A program made the position numbers and the translations under genes. Shown here piece by piece: positions 49,871 to 58,263 of a stretch of DNA of 64,000 bases. Each line of letters starts with the position of its first letter. Positions within the stretch are counted from its first letter, which is position 1. The stretch is from an uncultured Collinsella sp. (GTDB taxonomy: Bacteria; Actinomycetota; Coriobacteriia; Coriobacteriales; Coriobacteriaceae), in assembly GCA_902496945.1 (NCBI GenBank), contig CABVDE010000002.1, positions 6,525 through 70,524 on the forward strand. The letters are read 5' to 3'. The notes beneath the pieces were generated by a model that was not told where the DNA came from, did no database searches, and saw only the letters and a list, made by a program, of their open reading frames with translations.

Positions 49871-50332
49871 ATGGACATCAGCAACCAGATAAAGACGAGG
49901 CGCGAGGCGATGGGGCTCTCCCAAGAACAGCTCGCCGAGAAACTCTACGTGTCGCGTCAGACGATCTCGAACTGGGAGCGGGACAAGACGTATCCGGACG
50001 TCCAGAGCCTGCTCATGCTGAGCATCCTATTCGGCACCTCCATAGACACGCTCGTGAAGGGAGACGTGACCGTTATGGAAGAGGCAGTCGAAAGAGATCG
50101 CAAGCGCATGGGAACGCGGATGCTATGGCTGGCCGTGCTGATGCTGGCGTTGCTGGCGGTGGCGTTCGCACTGATACTGTCGCCGGCGTTTAACTGGATG
50201 GAGGGCACCTGGGGCGCCGGCGTCGCCGCGGCTGCGGCGTTCCTGCCGGCGATAGCGGCGCTTGTTGTCGCGACCGTCCTCGAGCGCATCAAGCGCGAGA
50301 ACGACCTGGTGACATACCGCGAGATCCTCGCT
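49871..50332 (+). pseudogene. Second XRE-HTH/TM paralog, 3'-truncated (frame stays open to 50935, antisense to the next gene)
   Basis: Parallels 48600-49220 up to DLVTYREILA, then diverges and overlaps the convergent gene by more than 500 nt. Confidence 0.7.
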
Positions 50333-50407
50333 GTCCGCAATGCAGGCAGGTGCTTTACGGCCACAAGCACGATAGTTTCAACAACAAGATGCAGTGCCCC
50401 AGAGCCC

Positions 50408-51721
50408 CTAGCAGTCGACGATGGTCTTGCCGATCATGATGTTGAGGATCTCGACGTCGGTATCCTTCATGCCAACGCGGCCCACATAGCCCATGCTGGC
50501 GATCGTCTCTTCCACCGTATCCTGAATCAGGCCCTCTCCGGCACGGAAGCCACGCCCCTGCATGGCCATGTCATGTCCCAGAATCGCCGCATCAACGGCA
50601 GCGGAAATCTTGGCGGCGCAGCTTGCCTTGGCGCCATCGCACACGATGCCGCCCACGTTACCGAGCGTATTGGAGACCGTCGCGCCGATCTGCTCGCGCG
50701 TGCCACCGCACAGCCAGGTAATCGCCGCGCCGGCACCGCACGCAGCGCAAATAGCACCGCAAAACGCCGAGAGCGCACCAATATAGCTCTTGATATGCAC
50801 GGCAATAAGATCAGACAGCATCACGGCGCGCACCAGGCGCTCGTGGTCGCAGCGCAGGTAATCGGCATATTCCATAACGGGCAACGCACAGGTAATACCC
50901 TGGTTGCCCGAGCCGCACACAATGGCGACCGGTAGCGCACAGCCGTTCATACGGGCGTCAGACCCGGCGGCCGCACGCGCACGCGCACGGCAGGCGACAT
51001 CGTCGGCGCGAGCGCCCAGCAGCGTACGGCCCACCTCGGCGCCCCAAGCGTTCACCAAGCCCTCGGCGCTAATAGCGCCGTTCAGCTCAATCTGACGCTC
51101 AACGGCAGCGCGGGCGCCCTCGATGTCGCCGTCCTCGATAAAGTCAATGATAGACTCAATCGACATGGGCGTATCGGCGGCACGCTCGGCCACGATGCGC
51201 TCGGCGCAGGCGGCACACTCCCCCGCCGACTTGCCACACATCGGAATGCCATCGAGTGTATGGCACGTAACATTGGTGTGATGGTCGGTGATCTCGACGA
51301 CCGCAGTATGACCTCCGGCCGTGGCAGTCACCTTAATGTAGAGGTTGGGCACACCCTCGACAAGCGACACATCGCAGTAGTCGGCATCGGAGAGCAGCTC
51401 GGTCACGCGAGCACGGTCTGCATCGCCAACACTCTCGAGCACCTCGAGCGCGCTCTTGGCGTCACCGCCCACGGCACCCAGCACGGCCGCGGCCTCAATA
51501 CCGTGCATACCGCCCGAGTTGGGCACGGTCACGCTCTTTACGTTCTTGATGATGTTGCCTGAGCAGGCAACATCCATATGCTCTGGTTCGCAACCGAGCG
51601 TCTGGCTCGCCAGCGCCGCCGCATAGGCAACGGCAATGGGCTCGGTGCAGCCGAGCGCACAGACAAGCTCGCGGTTCAAAACATCACAAAACGCGGCATC
51701 ACGGATGGAATCGGTAGGCAT
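50408..51721 (-). CDS. L-cysteine desulfidase / serine dehydratase alpha-like (CyuA/YhaM family)
   Basis: ALGCTEP, NIIKNVKSV, AGSDARMNG, GSGNQG, LSAFCG, CDGAKASCA. Confidence 0.88.
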   Translation of the reverse strand: MPTDSIRDAAFCDVLNRELVCALGCTEPIAVAYAAALASQTLGCEPEHMDVACSGNIIKNVKSVTVPNSGGMHGIEAAAVLGAVGGDAKSALEVLESVGDADRARVTELLSDADYCDVSLVEGVPNLYIKVTATAGGHTAVVEITDHHTNVTCHTLDGIPMCGKSAGECAACAERIVAERAADTPMSIESIIDFIEDGDIEGARAAVERQIELNGAISAEGLVNAWGAEVGRTLLGARADDVACRARARAAAGSDARMNGCALPVAIVCGSGNQGITCALPVMEYADYLRCDHERLVRAVMLSDLIAVHIKSYIGALSAFCGAICAACGAGAAITWLCGGTREQIGATVSNTLGNVGGIVCDGAKASCAAKISAAVDAAILGHDMAMQGRGFRAGEGLIQDTVEETIASMGYVGRVGMKDTDVEILNIMIGKTIVDC

Positions 51722-51988
51722 AGGTATCTCCTACATGTATAACGGGTTGCTCTCGCAAGTATCAACTTCTCCATTTGATAACAAGGCACCAAAAACCGCA
51801 AGTCGAGTTCCGGCAGACGGCCGCCAGAAGCAAATTGGCGGCATTTTTCGTGATGGGCTGATGTTCGTGTCCGCTAAAGCGTTTGACCAAAAAACGCCCG
51901 AGTGTTTAGGCAAAAGACGCGCTATCATGCAGTCGAACGCGGTAAAACCTTTAGCAATTCCGCCGCACGGACCAGAGAGGAACCACTC

Positions 51989-52456
51989 ATGAAGATCGGT
52001 ATCGGCAACGACCACGCCGCCGTCGAGCTCAAGAACATCATTTCCGAGCACCTGAAGGAGCGCGGCTGCGAGGTCGTGAACTTTGGCACCGACACCTCCG
52101 AGAGCTTTGATTACCCCATCGCCGGCTACAAGGTGGGCAAAGCTGTAGCCAACGGCGACGTCGATCTGGGCATCCTGATCTGCGGCACCGGTGTCGGGAT
52201 TAGCTTGGCCGCCAACAAGGTCGAGGGCGTTCGTGCCGTCGTGTGCTCCGAGCCCTTCAGCGCCAAGCTCTCGCGCATGCACAACAACACCAACGTGCTC
52301 GCCTTTGGCGCCCGCGTCGTGGGCTCCGAGCTCGCCAAGATGATCGTCGACGAGTGGCTCGATGCCGAGTTCGAGGGCGGCCGTCACGAGCGTCGCGTCG
52401 ATCTCCTTAACGAGATCGACCAGACCCGCGGCCTCAAGGTCGTCGACGAGGCTTAA
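51989..52456 (+). CDS. rpiB: Ribose-5-phosphate isomerase B
   Basis: GNDHA, ICGTGVG, ANKV, HNNTN, FEGGRH. Confidence 0.93.
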   Translation: MKIGIGNDHAAVELKNIISEHLKERGCEVVNFGTDTSESFDYPIAGYKVGKAVANGDVDLGILICGTGVGISLAANKVEGVRAVVCSEPFSAKLSRMHNNTNVLAFGARVVGSELAKMIVDEWLDAEFEGGRHERRVDLLNEIDQTRGLKVVDEA

Positions 52457-52483
52457 AGCACTCAAACCCACAAGCTAGCAGCA

Positions 52484-52521
52484 AGGGGCCCGCTCGGAAC
52501 ACATCCGAGCGGGCCCCTCTT
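52484..52521 (+). terminator. Terminator hairpin after rpiB
   Basis: AGGGGCCCGCTCGGA / TCCGAGCGGGCCCCT. Confidence 0.7.
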
Positions 52522-52634
52522 AGTTGATTTCGAGGCATATCCCAAAATTCTACTGATATATAAAAGGAGCGCCGCGGATGGAGTTCCGCGGCGCCCAAGC
52601 CACACGCTAACAGCTTTAAGGAGTCAAAGCTGGT

Positions 52635-53039
52635 TTAGCCAAAGAAGCGCTTGATCTCGATCTCGGCGTTCTCCAGGCAGTCGGAGCCGTGGATCACGTT
52701 GGCGTTGACATCGACGGCAAAGTCGCCGCGGATGGTGCCGGGAGCGGCATCAAGCGGGTTGGTAGCACCCATAAGGGTGCGCATCTTAGCAACAGCAAAA
52801 GGACCGGAAACGACCATCTTGACAACCGGACCACTCGTCATAAAGTCACAGAGGCGACCAAAGAAGGGCTTATCGTTGAGGTGGGCGTAATGCTCCTCGA
52901 CGGTGGCGCGCTCAAGCGTGGTCATCTCCATGCGCTCGATAACAAGGCCGCTGCGCTCAATACGAGCAACGATCTCGCCGATCTTGCGATCGCGCACGGC
53001 GTCGGGCTTAATCATGATGAAGGTCTTCTCGATAGCCAT
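52635..53039 (-). CDS. ndk: Nucleoside diphosphate kinase
   Basis: TFIMIKPDA, HY..KPFF, GATNP, PGTIRGDF, NVIHGSD. Confidence 0.95.
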   Translation of the reverse strand: MAIEKTFIMIKPDAVRDRKIGEIVARIERSGLVIERMEMTTLERATVEEHYAHLNDKPFFGRLCDFMTSGPVVKMVVSGPFAVAKMRTLMGATNPLDAAPGTIRGDFAVDVNANVIHGSDCLENAEIEIKRFFG

Positions 53040-53424
53040 AAGGTAGCCTTTCAAGTAGGTTCGCGCGTGCCCAAGTCCCATTCCGGCACCCGCCTGGACT
53101 GCATCGTAACAGAGATTTAGCTGCAGTTAAACAAAAAGCTGTCTATTGGAACGTTACAATTTATTGAAGCGTTCCATATGTGTCACTTCTGTTTCGAAGC
53201 CTGACTAGCGTATCATCCGGCCGCCCATCAACGACATCGAACCGAGCGGACGGTCGGTTGACGCCCGTGAATGCACTCCCTTCACAACCTGCCCAAAGGT
53301 CCTACAGAAGTTCTCGACAAGCTCCTCCCCCATGGCTACAAAATACGGACGCCCGCATCAGCAGACGCCCGTAAGAGCAAAAACGGTTTATCAATTAACG
53401 GCCGTGTCAGCTCCGGCCATACCT

Positions 53425-54855
53425 TTAATTAGCCCCGTGACCCATCTCAACGACCTTGGTCAGCGACCCAAACACGTCCTCGTCGTCCGAAAGCTTCGCC
53501 TCGGCGCGCTCCAGCTGCACGGCAACAGCGACAGGAGCGGTTCCGCCCTCGGTCGTGCGCGCGGCGACAATCGACGGGATGTCGAGCGCCTCGGTAATAT
53601 CGTGCTCAAAGAGCGGGCTTGCCTCCTGGAAGACCTCGAACGGCAAATCCTCGAGGTTGCAACCGCGCTTCTCGCACATCAGGACTAAGTGGCCCACCAC
53701 GGCGTGCGCCTCGCGGAACGGCAGGCCACGCTTAGCCAGGTAATCGGCAACGTCGGTGGCGGCCAGATGGCCGATGCCGCACTCGCGCTCCATGGCATAC
53801 TCGTTGACGGTCCAGGTCGAGATCATGCCAGCCATAACGGACAGGCACTGTATGAGCGTATGGGCGGTATCGAGCGCGCCCTCCTTGTCCTCCTGCAGGT
53901 CCTTGTTATAGGCGAGCGGCAGGCCCTTCATAGTCACGAGCAGCTGCACCAGGTTGCCATAGACTCGGCCGCTCTTGCCACGGATAAGCTCAGCAAAGTC
54001 GGGATTCTTCTTCTGCGGCATGATAGAAGAGCCGGTGGAGTACGAGTCGGAAAGCGTGATAAAGCCGAACTCAGAGCTCGACCACAGCACGATCTCCTCG
54101 GAAAGACGCGACAGATGCATTGCCATGACAGAGCCGGCATAGTGCAGATCGAGCAGGAAATCACGGTCGGAAACGGCATCGAGCGAGTTAGGGATAACGC
54201 CCGCAAAGCCAAGTTCGGCAGCCGTCATCTGGCGATCGAGCGGATAGCTCGTACCGGCAAGCGCGGCAGCACCCAACGGGCAATTGTCGGCGGCATCAAA
54301 GGCAGCCTTCAGGCGCGTAAAGTCGCGCGCAAACATCCAGGAATACGCCAGCAGGTGATGCGAGAGCAACACGGGCTGAGCATGCTGCATGTGCGTGTAG
54401 CCCGGAAGAATCACCTTGTCGTACTTCTTAGCCGCATCCACCAGCACATGGCGCAGCTCAAGATTGGCCTCCATAAGCTCCTTGGCCAGCGCCTTGACGC
54501 CCAGGCGGGTGTCGGTCGCCACCTGGTCGTTGCGCGAACGTCCGGTATGCAAGCGCTTGCCGGCCTCGCCGATGCGGCGCGTCAGCTCGCTTTCGATGGA
54601 CATATGGATGTCCTCGTCGTTGATGTCGAACGTAAAGTTGCCGGCATCGATATCCTGCTCGATTCCGGTCAGGCCTTTGGTGATCGCCTGCTCGTCCTCA
54701 ACACTGATAATGCCCTGGGCGGCCAGCATCTTGGCATGCGCCTTGGAGCCGGCAATATCCTGCTTATAGAGATGCTTGTCGACCGGCAGCGACGCACCGA
54801 ACTCCTGCGTGACCTCGGCCACGCCCGCCTCAAAACGACCACCCCAAAGAGCCAT
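53425..54855 (-). CDS. argH: Argininosuccinate lyase
   Basis: LWGGRF, LHTGRSRNDQ, PGYTHMQHAQP, GSSIMPQKKNPD, YNKDLQEDK. Confidence 0.96.
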   Translation of the reverse strand: MALWGGRFEAGVAEVTQEFGASLPVDKHLYKQDIAGSKAHAKMLAAQGIISVEDEQAITKGLTGIEQDIDAGNFTFDINDEDIHMSIESELTRRIGEAGKRLHTGRSRNDQVATDTRLGVKALAKELMEANLELRHVLVDAAKKYDKVILPGYTHMQHAQPVLLSHHLLAYSWMFARDFTRLKAAFDAADNCPLGAAALAGTSYPLDRQMTAAELGFAGVIPNSLDAVSDRDFLLDLHYAGSVMAMHLSRLSEEIVLWSSSEFGFITLSDSYSTGSSIMPQKKNPDFAELIRGKSGRVYGNLVQLLVTMKGLPLAYNKDLQEDKEGALDTAHTLIQCLSVMAGMISTWTVNEYAMERECGIGHLAATDVADYLAKRGLPFREAHAVVGHLVLMCEKRGCNLEDLPFEVFQEASPLFEHDITEALDIPSIVAARTTEGGTAPVAVAVQLERAEAKLSDDEDVFGSLTKVVEMGHGAN

Positions 54856-54974
54856 GGGACCGTCCCCTTTCATCAAATACCAGCGCGCCAGCGTCAGCGA
54901 ACTACGAGGCGCCGTTAAAACGATTTACCAACGATAGTTTTGCACATCCCCACTCCATGCGCGGGACGAGCGAC

Positions 54975-55145
54975 CTAATTAGCAAAGAAGCGACGCACCA
55001 TGCACTTGGCGCCCAACGTCTCCCTCCGGATGTTGCCCTGCGAACCATCGATCCAGGCCTTCAGGCTCATAGGAACCTCCTCGACCTTCGCAACATCGAG
55101 CTCGGGGGCAAGGGCAAGCAGAGCATGGGCAAGAGCATTCAACAT
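54975..55145 (-). CDS. Small hypothetical protein (56 aa) between argG and argH
   Basis: TAAGGAG RBS; MLNALAHALLALAPELDVAKVEEVPMSLKAWIDGSQGNIRRETLGAKCMVRRFFAN. Confidence 0.45.
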   Translation of the reverse strand: MLNALAHALLALAPELDVAKVEEVPMSLKAWIDGSQGNIRRETLGAKCMVRRFFAN

Positions 55146-55191
55146 GATGGGAACTCCTTAGATATATAGGCGCAAGGCCGTCAAATCGATA

Positions 55192-55225
55192 GAAAGAGCC
55201 CCGCCAGACAACCCCGGCGGGGCTC
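55192..55225 (-). terminator. Terminator downstream of argG
   Basis: GAGCCCCGCC / GGCGGGGCTC arms followed by TTTC on the minus strand. Confidence 0.65.
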
Positions 55226-55378
55226 GGACTCAGCCGCAAATGCGGCGTCATATATGCGGGCGGAACGTAGGGGCCACCGATGTTAAGAAGTGTCAGCAAG
55301 CATAACGAAAGGTAGGGACCCCGTGCGCCCGTTTTGTATCACGCGGATGGGCCGCGCGGATACCAAGGGAAGGAGGAG

Positions 55379-56605
55379 CTAGGCCTGGGCGGCAGCGGAG
55401 CTGGGGCCCTGGACCTTAGCCCACGTCTTGAGCGACAGCGTGTCGATCTCGATGAAGCCGGCGCTGGCCTTCTCATCAAACGTGGTGTCGCGGTCATAGG
55501 TAGCCAGACCGTAATCGTAAAGGCTGAAGGGGCTCTTGCGGCCGACGACATGGCAGTTGCCCTTAAAGAACTTCAGACGGACGGTGCCGGTCACGAACTT
55601 CTGGGTATCGGCCATAAAGGCGTCGAGCGCGTTCTTGAGCGGGCTGTACCACTGGCCGTTGTACACGGCGGTGGCCCAATCCTGCTCGAGCTTGATCTTG
55701 GTCTTGAGCAGGTCGCCCTCGACGCAGATGTCCTCGAGCGCCTTGTGGGCGGTGATGAGCGTCAGAGCACCGGGAACCTCGTAGCACTCGCGGCTCTTGA
55801 GGCCCACCAGACGATCCTCAACCAGATCCAGACGGCCGAAGCCGTTATCGCCGGAGATCTTGTTGAGGGCGATGACGATCTCAGAAAGCTTCATCTTCTT
55901 GCCGTCGACGGCGACGGGCTTGCCGGCCTCAAACTCAATCTCGGTGTAGGTCGGGGTGTCGGGCGTGTCCTCGGGGTTCTTGGTCATAACCCAGGCGTCG
56001 TCGAGCGGCTCATTCCAGGGATCCTCCAGGTGACCGCACTCGATGGCACGGCCCCACAGATTGTCGTCGATGGAATAGGGATTGTCGTTGGCGCCCTCGG
56101 GAACCGGCACGTTGTGGGCGTGAGCGTAGGCGACCTCGTCGGGACGGCACTTCAGATCCCACTCGCGAACAGGGGCGATAACCTTGAGCTCAGGATCGAG
56201 GGCCTTGACGGCGGCCTCAAAACGGACCTGGTCGTTGCCCTTACCAGTGCAGCCGTGGGCGACGTAGGTCGCGCCAAACTCGTGAGCAACCTCGACGAGC
56301 TTCTTGGCAAGCAGCGGACGGGAAAGAGCAGAGAGCAGCGGGTACTTGTTCTCGTACATGGAGTTTGCGGCGATGGCCTTGGTCAGGAACTCATCGGAGA
56401 ACTCATCGCGCAGGTCAAGCACTTGGCAATCCAGAACGCCCAGATCGAGGGCCTTCTGCTTCTTGGCATCCAGGCCGGTCTCCTCCTGGCCCACGTTGCC
56501 GCAGACACAAACGACATCGAGATTCTTCTCGTCCTGGAGCCACTTGACACATACGGATGTATCAAGACCACCGGAATATGCGAGAACGACTTTTTCCTTG
56601 CTCAT
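55379..56605 (-). CDS. argG: Argininosuccinate synthase
   Basis: LAYSGGLDTS, AHGCTGKGNDQVRFE, YSIDDNLWG, GLKSRECYE; ATG 56605 behind GAAAGGA. Confidence 0.97.
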   Translation of the reverse strand: MSKEKVVLAYSGGLDTSVCVKWLQDEKNLDVVCVCGNVGQEETGLDAKKQKALDLGVLDCQVLDLRDEFSDEFLTKAIAANSMYENKYPLLSALSRPLLAKKLVEVAHEFGATYVAHGCTGKGNDQVRFEAAVKALDPELKVIAPVREWDLKCRPDEVAYAHAHNVPVPEGANDNPYSIDDNLWGRAIECGHLEDPWNEPLDDAWVMTKNPEDTPDTPTYTEIEFEAGKPVAVDGKKMKLSEIVIALNKISGDNGFGRLDLVEDRLVGLKSRECYEVPGALTLITAHKALEDICVEGDLLKTKIKLEQDWATAVYNGQWYSPLKNALDAFMADTQKFVTGTVRLKFFKGNCHVVGRKSPFSLYDYGLATYDRDTTFDEKASAGFIEIDTLSLKTWAKVQGPSSAAAQA

Positions 56606-56810
56606 GGCTGTTTCCTTTCGCCCTTGGTAGCTAGTTAGAACATCGGTCAGTTGCAAGTCACCTTGAGGTCAAAACCGTGCAATATCAGGTTATTCAGCAG
56701 AATGCAGCACAAGCATGCCCTAGAAACATGCGGCTATGTCGTGCTTAAAACCCAACGACCTCAAAATGACTCTGCTGAGGCGTTACGCCCCATGCGGACA
56801 GAGACGATTG

Positions 56811-56885
56811 TTATCGTCGTCGGGAAATTGCGCGCTGGCGTCGGATGGCATTGTCTGCAGTGGTGATGATCTGTACGAACTGCAT
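56811..56885 (-). CDS. Putative Arg-rich leader peptide of argG (MQFVQIITTADNAIRRQRAISRRR)
   Basis: GAAAGGAGAGG RBS; 6 Arg in the last 10 codons, ending CGA CGA CGA TAA, 205 nt upstream of argG. Confidence 0.7.
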   Translation of the reverse strand: MQFVQIITTADNAIRRQRAISRRR

Positions 56886-57159
56886 CTGCCTCTCCTTTCA
56901 CGTATCGCCGGGCGCAATTCAAATATCGCAAACGGTACCTTTTCCTCGGTAAGCGGCTCCTTTGCCGTCCCCGTTTTCGATGTTCGCTATATTACGATAA
57001 AGTGCTCGCTGCGCAAGCGACAAATTCAAATTTCTGGAAAGTTTTTTCATTACTTTGTGAATCGTGATGGAAATACGCGCCATTCCTGCGAAAATACGCC
57101 CGACCACGAGTTGAAGGTTATAACGTCTGAAACAATTTCGAAACGAAAGGCTCGCTTTT

Positions 57160-57987
57160 ATGCAAACTTACGAATCGGACGCCAATATCGGAAACATTAA
57201 GCTCATCGCCGTCGACATGGACAAGACACTGCTGACCGACGAGCGCGTGCTGCCGCAAGGCCTTGACGAACGCCTGGACAAGCTCGCCGAAGCCGGCATC
57301 GTATTCTGCCCCGCCAGCGGACGTCCCGCCCCCAAGCTCGAAGAGATGTTCGAGGGCGTCAAGAAACCCCTCGCCTTTTGTCCCGACAACGGCGCGTGCG
57401 TGATCTATCGCGGCAACTATATCTATAAGAGCAATATCGACGTGGCGCTGTATCAGCAGGTGCTCGCTCGTGCCTCGGAGGATTCTCGCGCTGTCCCCGT
57501 CCTGTGCTGCTTCGACGAGTTCTACGTGCTTGCCCGCGACCATCAATACCACGATGAGATCAGCGTGTACTACAACACGATCAACTACGTCGATAGCTTT
57601 GAGGGCCTCGACATCGAGTCCAACAAGATCTCGATCTTCTTCCCCGCCTATGATGCCGAGCCCGCATTCCGCGAGACCTACAGCCCTGCGTTCTCGGACC
57701 AGCTCTATGTCACCAATGCCGGCCGCGAGTGGATCGACTTTATGAACCTGGGTGTCGACAAGGGCGCCGGCGTCGCGCACCTGTGCGAGCACTTGGGCAT
57801 CGATATCGCCGATGCCGCCGCCGTGGGCGACACCTACAACGATATCCCTATGCTCGAGCGCGTCGGGCATAGCTTTATCGTGGACAATGCCGAAGAGCAT
57901 ATGAATGCGCACGCCAAGTGGCGCATTCCGAGCAACAACGACGGGGGCGTACTGACGCTCATCGACGCCATCGTGGCGGCTCGGTAA
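57160..57987 (+). CDS. Cof-type HAD-IIB hydrolase
   Basis: AVDMDKTLL, ASGR, DNGA, GVDKG, GDTYNDIPML. Confidence 0.9.
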   Translation: MQTYESDANIGNIKLIAVDMDKTLLTDERVLPQGLDERLDKLAEAGIVFCPASGRPAPKLEEMFEGVKKPLAFCPDNGACVIYRGNYIYKSNIDVALYQQVLARASEDSRAVPVLCCFDEFYVLARDHQYHDEISVYYNTINYVDSFEGLDIESNKISIFFPAYDAEPAFRETYSPAFSDQLYVTNAGREWIDFMNLGVDKGAGVAHLCEHLGIDIADAAAVGDTYNDIPMLERVGHSFIVDNAEEHMNAHAKWRIPSNNDGGVLTLIDAIVAAR

Positions 57988-57998
57988 CGTTGCTCGTC

Positions 57999-58128
57999 GG
58001 ACCTGGCCGGGCGAGGCGGGTAAGTTTTTCGTTCGGTCAGGTCCTGGGCTCGCTCGGAAAGCACATTAAGTGCTTTCCGGCTCGTGCGGAATCTACGAAA
58101 AACTTACCCGCCTCGCCCGGCCAGGTCC
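57999..58128 (+). repeat. Conserved-core hairpin element (ATTAA-loop family), copy C
   Basis: Perfect 34-bp arms (57999-58032 / 58095-58128) around TCGGTCAGGTCCTGGGCTCGCTCGGAAAGCAC-ATTAA-GTGCTTTCCGGCTCGTGCGGAATCT. Confidence 0.85.
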
Positions 58129-58195
58129 TTGGGTGACTTGCTTGCCGCCTAGATGGCGTCTTGGGTGTCTAGATACTTGGCTGATTTTTTGGAAT

Positions 58196-58229
58196 GAAGG
58201 GGGCTCCTTGTTGGCAAGGAGCCCCCTTC
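58196..58229. terminator. Hairpin between the convergent HAD gene and polA
   Basis: Perfect 15-bp arms GAAGGGGGCTCCTTG / CAAGGAGCCCCCTTC. Confidence 0.7.
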
Positions 58230-58263
58230 TGCCTTTAGTTACTCTGGAATTGTGGGCGCTTTC

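Noticed and set aside
56677..56710. ARG box upstream of argG
   Set aside because: Only half-site-like TGAATA/TGCAT matches, without the proper 18-bp dyad
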